DNA of 36,882 nucleotides from Octopus bimaculoides. Taxonomy: Eukaryota. A program made the position numbers and the translations under genes. The stretch is from contig NC_068987.1 in NCBI RefSeq assembly GCF_001194135.2, positions 12,064,490-12,101,371 of the forward strand. Direction: 5' to 3'. The notes below the pieces were generated by a model. That model saw only the letters and a list, made by a program, of their open reading frames with translations, searched no databases and was not told the DNA's origin. Shown piece after piece: positions 1 through 11,870 of this stretch (its first letter is position 1; every line of letters begins with the position of its first letter).

Positions 1-46
<46 letters not shown>

Positions 47-366
47 AGCAAATCTGAAACAAAGTGTTACTACTATTGGAAACAAACAACTGCCTATGAA
101 CATCCCAAAAGGGAACGACACATGTGTTTGCAATATAAACAATGCAGTAAATAATATGAATATGAGCGCCCGACTACATAATCCCCCTTAAGATCAACAA
201 GAGCAAGGAAAACAATTAATATATTGTCTATATATATATATGCGCACGCACACAAATGCACACACACATACGCATAAACATATATACATATATATGCATA
301 TAGATACAGATATAGGTATATGTGGATACATGTTATGCAATATACGTGAGTGTTTCTGTGTGTGCG

Positions 367-462
<96 letters not shown>

Positions 463-599
463 TATATACAGATAGTCCCCCCAAAAATGTATACATACAT
501 TGAATGATTATAAAGTTAGTGTTTATTTGGATGTTGATGTTTTATTAGAACCAGACTCTGACGGGGTCTGCTATCAATTAGCATCAATCATCGTCAGTC

Positions 600-745
600 A
601 CATGTCGTCTGAAAAAACATTCAGATGACATCTGAGGGAGCCAACCATTAGACATGGCTGAAAAGGGTAGATTAAACCTGTTTGGAGAAGTGACGTGTAA
701 CAAATCAGACGTGCATGACTCCACAATTTGAATGATGATGATGAT
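600..745 (+). mobile_element. Possible degenerate RTE-clade LINE 3' fragment
   Basis: One frame reads GSQPLDMAEKGRLNLFGEVT, similar to the RTE RT C-terminal motif (..QPLL..VKRRKLxWFGHVxR). It is followed by an (ATG)n tail at about 732-742. Confidence 0.3.
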
Positions 746-789
746 AAAACCAAAATGGATCTAGGATCTAATTCTAGGCAATCTATTCT

Positions 790-960
790 TTAGTCAGGGC
801 CTCTCATCAATGATAGGTACCGGTGCACCGCAAAGCGGTCGTGAGACAGGCCCCGAAGCAGTACTTTTTCTCTCTTGGTAACACTGAAAACCTACTGGCG
901 TCCGATGAACAGGGTTTTCAACAGACTGCACTTGCGCAAGAAACCTGTTTCCAAGTCTCA
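790..960 (-). mobile_element. Possible degenerate RTE-clade LINE fragment
   Basis: The minus strand reads LETGFLRK...IGRQ*VFSVTKREK..FG/PVSR with frameshifts. This is colinear with the RTE/BovB-type ETKCLRK...KRRKLxWFGHVTR region. Confidence 0.35.
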
Positions 961-1009
961 TTTCATCTTAAAGATCTGAAAATATCTACAGAGGGAATTT
1001 AATTTCTTC

Positions 1010-2059
1010 ATCACCTGTTTTCAAACCGATTACATTTCTTGTCCAGGCACTGCTGATAACGCAAAGCAATAGAATCGTAAACACCATTCGTTCGGTATTT
1101 GTGCACAATATCGTTCGTCTAATGCTACCGTTTTGTACCGCTAACTTCATATATTACCATAAAAAAAGTCAGGTGGTATGAGGTCCTATGGACGCAGAGG
1201 GTATTCTACTGGACTTCGTCCAAATGACTTCTTTGGCAAAATTCTATCAAAGAACGGCCTTTACATTACCATGGTAATGTGGGAATGAACCATCTTACTG
1301 CACATAAAACTAGATATTTTCAAAGTCCTCTTAGATGCATGATAAATTGTCGCAGCTAAGTTCGAATAAACGAAACCAGTCGTAGTATCATAAAAAATGG
1401 TCCAATTAATTCTTTACAGCACAAAATTCTTGGTAAATTAACATGGCGTTCCTCCGTGATGAGCAGAATCTCAGGTCCTCAGTGTGGTTGCAACAATTAG
1501 TTGGGCCCAGCTTCATCACTCCAAGCAATCTTTGTTGGAAAGTGCGCGTTTTCTATATATCTTGGCAAGATCGCACGCCAAACTTCACTTTTCGGTACAA
1601 ATCATCTTCATTGAGGGCATATACTAGTCTTGGAATGTAACGTTTCCAGTGACAGCACTTCAAAATGCGATAGACGCTTAATTTTGAAATTCCTAACAAC
1701 TCGCTTACCGCATCGATTTTCTTAGACTCTGGCAATGCCCCTCTAGTACTTTTTCTTACCTTGTGGGTCTCGTCGATGTCCTTGGTCTTCTGGGACGTTT
1801 TTTTTTTTTGGTGGGGGGTATTCTGAACAGTTTCATCTACTTCAAATATGTCTCTAATTGAAAACTTAATCTAGCTAGTGCGATTAAGTTTTTAAATTTG
1901 TAATGACGGTTTAGTGTAGTGGTTAGCACGGCTATATGGCTTACTGTAGCGAGACGTTCAAATCCCGTAGGTGATTTTACAGGATTTTCCATCCTCACAT
2001 ACACTTACAAGGTGAATTATCAGCTGTTAAGGTGTGTTTACACTTTTTGGAACACCCTT
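1010..2059 (-). mobile_element. Decayed Tc1/mariner transposon, DD41D (rosa/VS)-like transposase pseudogene
   Basis: Minus-strand frames give, in order: GISKLSVYRILK..YIPRLVYALNEDD, KIAWSDEA (first Asp), HVNLPR..LIGPFF, Q*DGSFPHYH (second Asp) and GRSPVEYPLRP*DLIPPDFF (third Asp about 40-41 aa later). There are multiple stops and frameshifts. A TIR-like start TA|AAGGGTGTTCCAAAAAGTG lies at 2041-2061. The other TIR is uncertain (possibly CAGGGTTTTCAACAG at 910). Confidence 0.85.
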
Positions 2060-2432
2060 TACACATACACACGCGTGCGCACACACGTGTGCGTGTGTGT
2101 ATGTCTCTCTGTCTCTCTGTCTGTCTGAGTGTGTGTGTTAAAAGAAAAAGTTGTTGCAGGTTGTCAAGATCTTCCCCACCCATTGCTAACTTAAACATTG
2201 ACTTCATTAGTATTTTCTGTGCTCTTCCATTATTTAACCTCGAGTTAAACAACTAATTAAAACTGACACGTTTAACGTTGAAAGCAATTGCCTGGTGCAT
2301 CTGTCTTCGCACTTTAATGAGTGAATATTGTTTAAACAATTAAAAATTTAAATTATAAACAGCAAAAAAAAAACAATCACCCACCCTTGTGTTTATTAAA
2401 AGTAATTAAAAAACATATACGCAGATAAATCG

Positions 2433-2669
2433 TCTATCTTTTACTTGTTTCAGTCGTTGGACTGCGACCATGCTGGGGCACTGCCTTGAAGAGTTTTAAT
2501 CGAAGAAATCGACCCAAGAAATTATATTTTTCTACGTCTGGGACTTAATTTATTGCCCTATTTTACCAAACCGTTACGGTGACGTAAATAAACTAACACC
2601 GGTTCCCAAATGATGATAAAGAGGACAAAACAAAGGCGCGCGCGCGCGCAGAGACAGACACACACACAC

Positions 2670-2741
<72 letters not shown>

Positions 2742-2820
2742 GACAGGCTTCCACGCAGTTTCCATCTGCCAAAACCTATGGTGACGCGTAGTGAGACTGA
2801 CTCCAAAACTATGTGGTTGC
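2433..2820 (-). mobile_element. SINE family B, degenerate copy with internal (GC)/(CA)/(TA)n microsatellite
   Basis: Homologous to the copies at 28406-28824 and 23170-23516 (tcttttacttgtttcagtc...gccatgctggggcac...; cacagtttccatctgcc). Confidence 0.8.
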
Positions 2821-3170
2821 TATGCGGACATAGGATCGCGGTTTCGATTCCCAGACCGGGTGTTGTGAGTGTTTATTGAGCGAAAACACCTAAAGCTCCA
2901 CGAGGCTCCGGCAGGGGATGGTGGCGAACCCTGCTGTACTCTTTCACCACAACTTTCTCTCACTCTTACTTCCTGTTTCTGTTGTGCCTGTAATTCAAAG
3001 GGTCAGCCTTGTCACACTGTGTCACGCTGGATATCCCCGAGAACTACGTTAAGGGTACACGTGTCTGTGGAGTGCTCAGCCACTTGCACGTTAATTTCAC
3101 GAGCAGGCTGTTCCGTTGATCGGATCAACTGGAACCCTCGACGTCGTAAGCGACGGAGTGCCAACAACTA
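2820..3170 (+). mobile_element. SINE family C (tRNA-like head, (CAA)n tail)
   Basis: B-box-like GGTTTCGATTCCC at about 2840. The 3' ~140 nt are near-identical to 17031-17170 and end GGAGTGCCAACAAC. Confidence 0.8.
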
Positions 3171-3719
3171 CGTTAGACGGTGTTCGGTAATCTCCTCCTT
3201 ACAAAATTCTGTGCTTTGTGTCTGAATGAGAAACCGTTATTCTGTAATGCAAATTCGTTAATTCCCACTGAGAAATAAACACTTTTCACGAAAGTAAAGA
3301 ACTCGAAGTCAAGAAGAGTAGTTTTATCTCTTTTGTTTTGATCTGAAGTTGTATAAATAACATTATCAATGCCCCGAAGCAAACAGAGGAAACCTGATTT
3401 ACCTTTCATCCTTCAGGAGTCGTGAACTGGCGGGTTGCGATTGTATAGATATTGTACCAGTTCTTTATTCTTTTGGGTTATTTGAATGAAAGAGGTAGTG
3501 AGCTATAAAATTGTTGTTTGACCTTCACCAACCCCAAAATAAGTCAAATGATTGGCCTTTGTTGGCCATACATGTACGTACGCGCATGAATGTACAAACA
3601 TCTAGACAAACGATGTCCATCTACGAAGATACTTATTATAAAATAATATATATATATAAAGATTCAACCACTCACATCTTTCAGAGAATCTACACCGTAC
3701 ACACACATATTACTGTGTG

Positions 3720-3968
3720 CATACGCGCGCGCACACACACACACATGCACACACATACACACAAACACACACGTAGACACGCATGTTCTCTCTCACATAC
3801 TCAGAGAATCCACATCAGGCCACATAGTTGCCGTGAGAACACGCACACACACACACACACACACACATCTCACACACACACGCTCACACACACACACGCA
3901 GAAACATGTACACGCACTCTAACGTGCGCGCTCACACACACTCACACAGAGATACACATGAATACACA

Positions 3969-4012
<44 letters not shown>

Positions 4013-4035
4013 CTCTCCCTCTCTCTCCCTTTCTC
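3720..4035. repeat. Compound (CA)n / (CT)n microsatellite region
   Basis: Seen directly. It generates the spurious HT/SL-rich ORF 3511-4038. Confidence 0.95.
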
Positions 4036-4944
4036 TGAAACATTCCCACATCCCCTTAAATACAAATAAAAAATTTGTTAGCTCGGGGACCAACAGACAG
4101 CCCTAGAATAGAAAGGTTATGTTATTGATAAGGTCACGAATGGAGACAAAAGAACGCTGACGAATCTTGATTGTTTGACCGAGCGATTTATCAAACAGCC
4201 GATTAGTTAAATGGTTTAATGGTAAAATCGGTGACTAAACATATTAAAAGAAATGAAATAGAACCAGTGCGTGTGTTTACGCTTGGCATTATGAGCCACC
4301 CCAAGGTTCAACAAAATATCATTCAATTTTTATGGTTAAATGTGTAACTTGAGCTTAGAGTCAACTGATTCACTGAATTTCTCAATTTCGTTTTGTGCCT
4401 TTACATTCTGTTTCCATTACTTTTAGGGTCAATTTTCTATATCTTCAGAACGAATATGTGGCAACAGATCAATTTAATCGATTGAAGTCATCTTTCGAAT
4501 TGTTAGCTTTTTGGCGTCCCCTGTTAACCCAGACGACGGATGGTGCGATACGGTTATTTTTTTCAAAACTTTTACATATTGCAGCTTATGGGGGTCATAT
4601 TTGCGCCAGGCACCCACCTATCATTTGTATTGGACCCATGATAGTTGCAAAAAAGGATAAAAAACAAAAAACAGATCGCACAAATAGATAAATAAAAGGA
4701 TCGCAATAGTCTACAAGACGAACCAACCTAGGCCTTCCTCCAGGAAACCAAGTGTGGACTAAGAATGAAATGGTTGGAATGAGATGTTTATGTCCCTTTA
4801 ACTAAGCGGTTCTTCAAAAAAAGTTACGACGGAGAAGGTACCGCACTTTAATTCTTAGACTAGTACAGAGGTTGATTTGATCGACTAAAATCCTTCAAGA
4901 TGGTCTAAGTTGGTTGGTCACACTTAGGAATTTAACAGAAAAGT

Positions 4945-5375
4945 CTTTTCTGCTCATGGCATAAGGCCCTAAATTTTTTGGGAGGGAGCCAGTCGGTTAG
5001 ATCGACCCCAGTGCGCAACTGATACTTAATTTATCGACCCCGAAAAGATGAAAAGCAAAGTCGACCTCGGCGAAATTTGAACTCAGAACGTAAAGACAGA
5101 CGAAATACCGCTTAGCATTTCGCCCAGCGTGCTAATGTTTCTTATTTCTTTACTGCCCACATGGGGCTACACACAGAGGGGACAAACAAGGACAGACAAA
5201 CGGATTAAATCGATTATATCGACCCAGTGCGTAACTGGTACTTGATTTATCGACCCCGAAAGGATGAAAGGCAAAGTCAACCTCGGTGGAATTTGAACTC
5301 AGAACGTAACGGCAAACAAAATACCGCTAAGCATTTCGCCCGGCGTGCTAATGCTTCTGCCAGCTCGCTGCCTTG
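4945..5375 (-). mobile_element. Head-to-tail dimer of SINE family A flanked by an 18-21 bp target-site duplication
   Basis: Two consecutive units carry the tRNA-like head (GAGTTCAAATT B-box) and the GCCTTTCATCCTTTCGGGGTCGATAAAT core, but different 3' tails. GGAATTTAACAGAAAAGT is repeated exactly at 4927-4944 and 5376-5393. Confidence 0.9.
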
Positions 5376-5529
5376 GGAATTTAACAGAAAAGTGTAATGG
5401 TGGTTGCTTCTGCTTGGACGCTATGGAGGAAGTGACTGGGGACTCTCTTCACCATGATCCTCCGAGAATAATGTGCGCAGAAGGTGAATGGATTGATAAA
5501 CCCTTTTGGTTGCCCGGAAATAAATCTAT

Positions 5530-5770
5530 ACTTGTCGATATGGCTTCCCAAACACGAAGTGACGAGTTTAGTCCCACTGTACGGCCCCTTGTGCATGTGT
5601 CTTGCAAATGAATTTGGTCGACGGAAACTGTGTAAAAGCTTGGCATCCTGATTAGGGCGTTGCAATCACGACCGGATGGTTGTGATTTCAATTACTGAAC
5701 CGAGTGGAGCGTTGTGTTCTTGGGCAAGACACTTCATCTCACGTTGCTCTGTTATCACTTCGAGCTTAAT
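5530..5770 (+). mobile_element. Degenerate SINE-B fragment followed by SINE family D fragment
   Basis: gagtttagtcccactg...gaatttggtcgacggaaactg matches family B. gttgtgttcttgggcaagacacttcatctcacgttgctc matches 13965-14110 and 33900-34080. Confidence 0.65.
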
Positions 5771-7070
5771 AAAGTGCAGCATTTGTCTTGAGAAGCAGAA
5801 ATGTGCATTTACCAATACCACCATCGCTGCTGAATCAATTTCGTCTGCTACTTCTATATATTTTGTAATTTCCTACGTTGTACGTCTATGAAAGAGATTA
5901 TCTCAGGAAGAATACCACTGTTAATTAGGCTTTCAATGATGTATCTACTTTAAGTATTATACACGGATTGCCATTTCAAACTTATGATGCTTCTGTCGTA
6001 CATAACGAATATTAACATGTATTAAGAGTAAGCGAATTTTTTGTTGTTGGTGTTTATATGACCGATCGGATAGCTAGATATCAAACACGTCCAAGTAACA
6101 CTTAATCAATATTCATAATATATCTTCTTAAAACTTGTCTCGTGATTACAGAAGGTGGAATAATGCTATAAATTCACCCCATTTTTATTTCGCAAAACGA
6201 ATGTTTAATTTGTTTAATAGCGTTATTTTAATTCAAAGCAAAATTACATTTCAAGTTTGTGTTAATCTTAATTTACACAATTAATGTTTCTGTTGCTAGC
6301 TTGTTTTCACAACTTCCGCTGTGTACTGATACTTGCAATAATTCGTGTTTATTTGCGACTCCACATATAAATAATCATTTTGATATTGCGAGAAATAATT
6401 ACAGACGTTATACAAAAGTTAATATGTCACAAAGCTTATAATATTTCCACGTACACAAGGAAGAAAATACCCAACTGACGCTATGTTCTGAAGCATATAT
6501 ACAATATATTGAGTTCTAATAACATCTAGTTATTAACATCGATGTGCCAAAGTGAAGTGTTAAAATATGTTTGCAGAGATGTAAACGTATATATTGTAAT
6601 CTTTTTTATTTTCCTAATCTACAGACCCCTAAAACTAACTCCCTAAAACCTACCTCAGTACGTCCATCAATAACCCTCTCCTCCCTCGTTCTTATTTTCT
6701 GTCTTCATTTAAACTGCCTGCCCCCCTATTTCCCTCCTTTTGTCTCACCTTTTCTTAATTTCGCTTTCTTTGTCTCTCCCACTGTTGCACGCCCACACAT
6801 TTTCACTTACCAATATATCCTCTTATAGACTAAGAACAAACAAAAAGTTCGTGTCTCTTCAAAGGAAGTCTTGTTTTTTTCTTTTTTTGTGTGTGTGTGT
6901 GTGTGTGTGTTTGAAACACTGGAAATTCTTCTTCCAACAGGATACGATCTAAAAAGAAACCATTGAATACTTTGTCAATAAAAATTATGTTGCCGAGACG
7001 CATCATTGCTAGACACTAGTTTTCTTGGTTACTGTAAATTTGTTTCTACTTATATAAGTCTGTGAGGTTC

Positions 7071-7335
7071 TACTTATACATACATACATACATACATACA
7101 TACATACATACATACATACATACACACACACATAATACACACACACACACATACATACATACATACATACATACATACATACATACATAAATACATACGT
7201 ATGTGTATAAATATGTGCGTATATATATATATATGCATATATATAAAAACGTATATATAGGTGTGTGTGTGTGTGTGTGCGTGTGTGTATATATATATGT
7301 GCGTTTATATATTATATAATTATTATATACATGCA

Positions 7336-7397
<62 letters not shown>

Positions 7398-7520
7398 CAT
7401 ATATACATATATGCATATATATAAAAATGTATATATATGCGTGTCTGTGTATGTGTGTACGTGTGTATGCATGTATGTATGTATATATGTATGTATGTAT
7501 GTGTACGAATATATGTATGC
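7071..7520. repeat. Compound (TACA)n/(TA)n/(TG)n microsatellite
   Basis: Seen directly. Confidence 0.95.
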
Positions 7521-7877
7521 TGCAACATCTGTATAATGTCAAATGATGACATTTGAATTTCACTTTGAGACCGTTCTGTTTGACACCAAAGACAAATATA
7601 TTTCCAAGACGGAACACGGATCACAATTTATATTTTGTCACAAACAATATTCCGCCAGAAGATGTATTCCCTACTTCAGCATTTTATTAGATTACGTCAA
7701 GCATGAATAAGATACATGACAGAGAGAATCTTGAAGCACAACTTCCAACTGCTGGATAACTAATACAAGACATAGTTGAACTTCATGGTTTTAACTTGAA
7801 ACTCATTTTGCTTTTCATCTTACTTACTCTTTCGGTGTTCAAAGTAATCTTGAGAGCGCTCGATTAAATGTTTAAAT

Positions 7878-8290
7878 AGGATCAAGCATGGTTGTGTGAT
7901 TAAGCAGTTCGCTTTGAAACCAAGTGATATTGGGTTCAGTCCCACGGCAAAGCATCTTTGGTAAGAGACGTTTACCTGTAGCACCAGGTCGACCAACGCC
8001 TTTGAAAGTGTATTTGGCAGGAGGAAGCGATGTGGTAGGCGCAGGCACGGTTGTGTGGTAAGAAGTTTGCTTCCCAGCCACGTAGGTCTATGCTGAGTCT
8101 TTCTGCGTGACGCATTGAGCAAGTACTTTCTACTATTGTCCCGGGTCGTCTAAAGTCTGGTACGTGAATTTGGTAGGGGAAAACTGTGTGGAAGTCCTTT
8201 GTATATCTTTGTATGTATGTATGTATGTATGTATGTATGTATGTATGCATGTGTGTGCTTCTTCGAGTTTGTGCTTGTCGCACCACCGAT
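7878..8290 (+). mobile_element. Two adjacent degenerate SINE-B copies
   Basis: Two tRNA-like heads (ggttgtgtgattaagcag...gggttcagtccca; ggcgcaggcacggttgtgtggtaagaagtttgcttccc) are each followed by family-B body sequence. The second also has the internal (TATG)n. Confidence 0.75.
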
Positions 8291-8300
8291 ATATATATGT

Positions 8301-8426
8301 ACTCCGAACGGATGAAAGGCAAAGTCGACCTCAGCGGCATTTGAACTCAAAACGTAGCAACGGGCGAAATACCGCTAAGCTGTTTGTTCGCCCAGCGTGC
8401 TAACATTTCTGCCAGCTCGCCGCCTT
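8301..8426 (-). mobile_element. SINE family A, 3'-truncated
   Basis: ggatgaaaggcaaagtcgacctc...gccagctcgccgcctt matches the other family A copies. Confidence 0.85.
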
Positions 8427-8857
8427 TCTGCCATCACTCTTCCTTGACTAAGCTGACGATAATAATGATATTTATTTCACCTACTACGGATGTGTGAAGA
8501 AGACTAATTAAGTGGCCTCCACTTATTTTCCGTCTACTAACTTCATTCGTAAGACATTAATAGCAGGACTGGGGCTAAAATAGAAGACGTTGTGGGACTG
8601 AATCCAAAACAATTCTATTGAATGGAACGAGCTGAAATCGAAACTGCAACAGGAAAGACGGGCGCTTAACGAATTCAATCTTGCTTCAAGTCACCGCATC
8701 ACATTTTTTTATATTTACAAATTTTTACACAAATATACATATTGTATATATGTAGTTATGTTTATGAAAATACATATTAATATACCTATATCTATCGTCT
8801 ATATATACATGTTTCGATACACAGACAGTTACACACAGGCACGCACGCACATACATG

Positions 8858-8891
<34 letters not shown>

Positions 8892-9172
8892 NNNNNNNNN
8901 NNNNNNNNNNNNNNNNNNNNNNNNNNNNNNNNNNNNNNNNNNNNNNNNNNNNNNNNNNNNNNNNNNNNNNNNNNNNNNNNNNNNNNNNNNNNNNNNNNNN
9001 NNNNNNNNNNNNNNNNNNNNNNNNNNNNNNNNNNNNNNNNNNNNNNNNNNNNNNNNNNNNNNNNNNNNNNNNNNNNNNNNNNNNNNNNNNNNNNNNNNNN
9101 NNNNNNNNNNNNNNNNNNNNNNNNNNNNNNNNNNNNNNNNNNNNNNNNNNNNNNNNNNNNNNNNNNNNNNNN
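8892..9172. other. Assembly gap (N run) between (TA)n and (CA)n
   Basis: Seen directly. Other gaps lie at about 12510-12599, 21099-21109, 23398-23407, 26555-26564, 27579-28078, 31289-31298 and 35581-35723; nearly all abut microsatellites. Confidence 1.
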
Positions 9173-9238
<66 letters not shown>

Positions 9239-9794
9239 TCAGTATAGTTATGAAAGCGATATGATACATTACGACTATATAAACGTAGTGAAAACAATTA
9301 ATTTAAACGGGCTGAGGACAGCTAAGATACAAATGGCGGATGCATTGTTCGTTAATCTCCGGCGGCCGATAAAATTATTGCTAAACTGACAAACGGCCTG
9401 TCATTATTAATACATATCTGTTACGTAAACGCAGTAAATAATTCATCTATCGAGAGACATTCCCCATATGCTGACCCGCACTTTATATTTCAAGAGGTTT
9501 TTTTTTTCCTCTTTTATTATTATTATTTTTTTGTACATATAATATTCGGTCAAAAAACTTTTGCTTTAGCAATCTCAAATTCTGATATTATTTGACTTCT
9601 GTGGTTTTATTACTGATTATCACACGCTAACACATACACACACGCGCGCACAGGAACACGCACGCATGCACACACACATTTGCATATATGCATACATATT
9701 ACACATGGTGTATATATCTATATGTGTGTGGGTGAGTGTCTGTATATATATATAGACATATATAGATACACACACATACAGAGAGAGAAAGTGG

Positions 9795-9834
<40 letters not shown>

Positions 9835-10142
9835 TAGATAGATAGATAGATAGAAACACACGTAGAGAAAAAGAGTTACAGAGATATAGAAAGATAGAGA
9901 TTGTATCTATTTGTGTATATGACAGTTTCATAGGAATCTGAAATGCAATTTGGTAAACACTAAAATATGTATTCAGTACTGTGAAATAAAGTGGAATAAT
10001 ATTATTTATTCATTCAGGGACGATTCCCTGTGTGTTCATAAAGTGGGGTTTCTCATTTCCGGCAGTCTGGCTATCAGTACTGTGGTTTTTGAGACGGTTA
10101 TAGACATTTAATACTTAAACTTACATGTATGTTTTCTTATAT

Positions 10143-10215
10143 ATAGGAGTGAGGCCGAAAAGTTCATACGCTGACTATGAAAGAGTTATGGTAGAGCTGT
10201 GAAATCTTGCATGCA
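10143..10215 (+). mobile_element. Possible mariner-type TIR remnant
   Basis: TA followed by GGAGTGAGGCCGAAAAGTTCATACGCTGAC resembles mariner TIR starts (..GAAAAGTTC..). No partner TIR was found. Confidence 0.3.
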
Positions 10216-10932
10216 TTAATTTCGGCATCTGGCTCCTCGAAAAAGACTTCAAAAGTAACTAGTAGCGTCTATTATTAGAAAATCGACTATTAATAGAAGG
10301 TTGACTATTACTATTATTAGATCAATCTTATAGTCGACTCTTAGATCGATCTTCATCGGGAGGGTCTACAATCAGAAAAAAGCATACAAACAAACTTCGG
10401 AGTTAGGAGTATACTCACATGGAAAGTTGCGTATACAAATAAATTATGTAATCAAGTCTTATCTGTACAGCTGTTTCGCATAAACGATGATTGGAGCCAA
10501 CATATATGTTGCAAAGTTCATGAGCATGCATTAACACTGACACAAATCACAGTGAGAACATGTTCTAATGATGCAAAACCTCTGAACTGATGGCAGTGGA
10601 TAGTGTTACTAGGGTCCCACCGTTTAAATAATGGTTGGGGAAGGAAACATATCGATTATACATATCTCTCGTTTGAAATTGCAAATTGACTGCCTCCAAT
10701 TTTTACGTTCCATGATACTTTTCTATGCTCAACTAACTCCTAAGCTACCTATTCGGGGTGGTTTCCTGACTATATTATTTTTGTCTTACACTTGTTCACT
10801 TCCTTATCATGAACTATTTAGTCGAATATCTAAATATCTCACTTCTCTTTGCCACTCTGGTGGTGCATACATTTGTTTCTTATCTATTTCTATCCCAGTC
10901 AAAGTCATGTATTTTGCGCTGCAACTATTTCT

Positions 10933-11165
10933 AATTTCTTTATTGCACACAAGGGGCTAAACATAGAGGGGACAAACAAGGACAGACAAAGGGATTAAGT
11001 CGATTACATCGACTCCAGTGCGTAACTGGTACTTAATTTATCTACTCCGAAAGGATGAAAGGCAAAGTCGACATCGGCGGAATTTGAACTCAGAACGTAG
11101 CGGCAGACGAAATACCGCTAAGCACTTCGCCCGGCGTGCTAACGTTTCTGCCAGCTCGCCGCCTT
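10933..11165 (-). mobile_element. SINE family A, full length, tail type 2, with 19-bp TSD
   Basis: Complete head, core and tail. TTGCGCT(G/T)CAACTATTTCT occurs at 10914-10932 and 11170-11188. Confidence 0.9.
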
Positions 11166-11519
11166 CGAGTTGCGCTTCAACTATTTCTGACATAGTTGCA
11201 GCATCATTAGCATCATTAGCCGGGCAGCACAAGCAACAGGAAGCACTAAGCCCTAGCCACATGCAGCACTTTTTTTTTCCTAACGGTTTACCGTCTCATT
11301 CCTGTAAAGCCTGGCAGGAGATCAAGCCATTTTCGAAGTCCTCAGCAGCACATCTGTTTTTATTTTTACGTCTTTGCTAATGGTACTTCATACATTCAGA
11401 TTACTCCTAAGAGCGTTGGCAACACGCACTTATGAACCAAACATGTTTCACTTGTAAATGGCAGTTAGTGTCGACACAACATCAATCTCATTAGCCACAA
11501 TTAACTTTAAATCTTAATT

Positions 11520-11870
11520 ACTTGTTCCCTGATGGCTTCAGTCGTTGGAGAGCTGCCATGTTGGAGCGCCTCATTGTGAGGTTAATCTAACAAATCTATC
11601 CCAGTACTTATTCATTTAAGTCTGGTACTTATTTTATCGATATCTTTACCGAACCGTTAAGTTATCGACACACACATACGCATATGTGTGTTTGTATGTG
11701 TGTGCGTGTATGTGCGCCGTGCGTGTGTGTATTGACAGATTTTTACACAGTTTTCGTCTACCAAATTCACTCATAAGTCATTGGTCGGCTTAGTGCTATA
11801 GCAGAAGAAACTCAAGGTGCCACACAGTGGAACTGAACGTGCAACCACTTGGTTGCGAAGCTATGTCTGT
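11520..11870 (-). mobile_element. SINE family B, old degenerate copy
   Basis: Colinear with 28406-28824, including the central (TG)n and cagttttcgtctaccaaattcactca...caaggtgccacacagtggaactgaac. Confidence 0.75.

Noticed and set aside
194-507. ORFs rich in HT/CV/YI dipeptides here and throughout the track (e.g. 2558-2879, 3511-4038, 7070-7624, 14773-15091, 26419-26755, 31874-32302, 33666-33994, 34578-34894)
   Set aside because: They are translations of (CA)n, (TG)n, (TA)n and (TACA)n microsatellites, which lack stop codons in some frames.
2869-3225. 118-aa ORF MFIERKHLKL...
   Set aside because: It lies wholly in SINE family C, and the same sequence recurs truncated at 17031-17190. No protein motif was recognised.
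7560-7780. Possible Ty3/gypsy gag N-terminal remnant (FD....FIFVTNNIPPEDVFPT)
   Set aside because: The resemblance needs several frameshifts, and no LTR, protease, RT or integrase motif is nearby. Too weak to call.
8758-9297. Long ORFs containing X runs (also 12394-12762, 27522-28114, 35357-35919)
   Set aside because: They are open only because they cross N gaps.
11018-11380. Recurrent ORFs beginning MRNWYL..RKDERQSR.. (also 25755, 30490, 30826, 31086, 35491, 36057)
   Set aside because: They are antisense translations of the SINE-A core, not a gene family.
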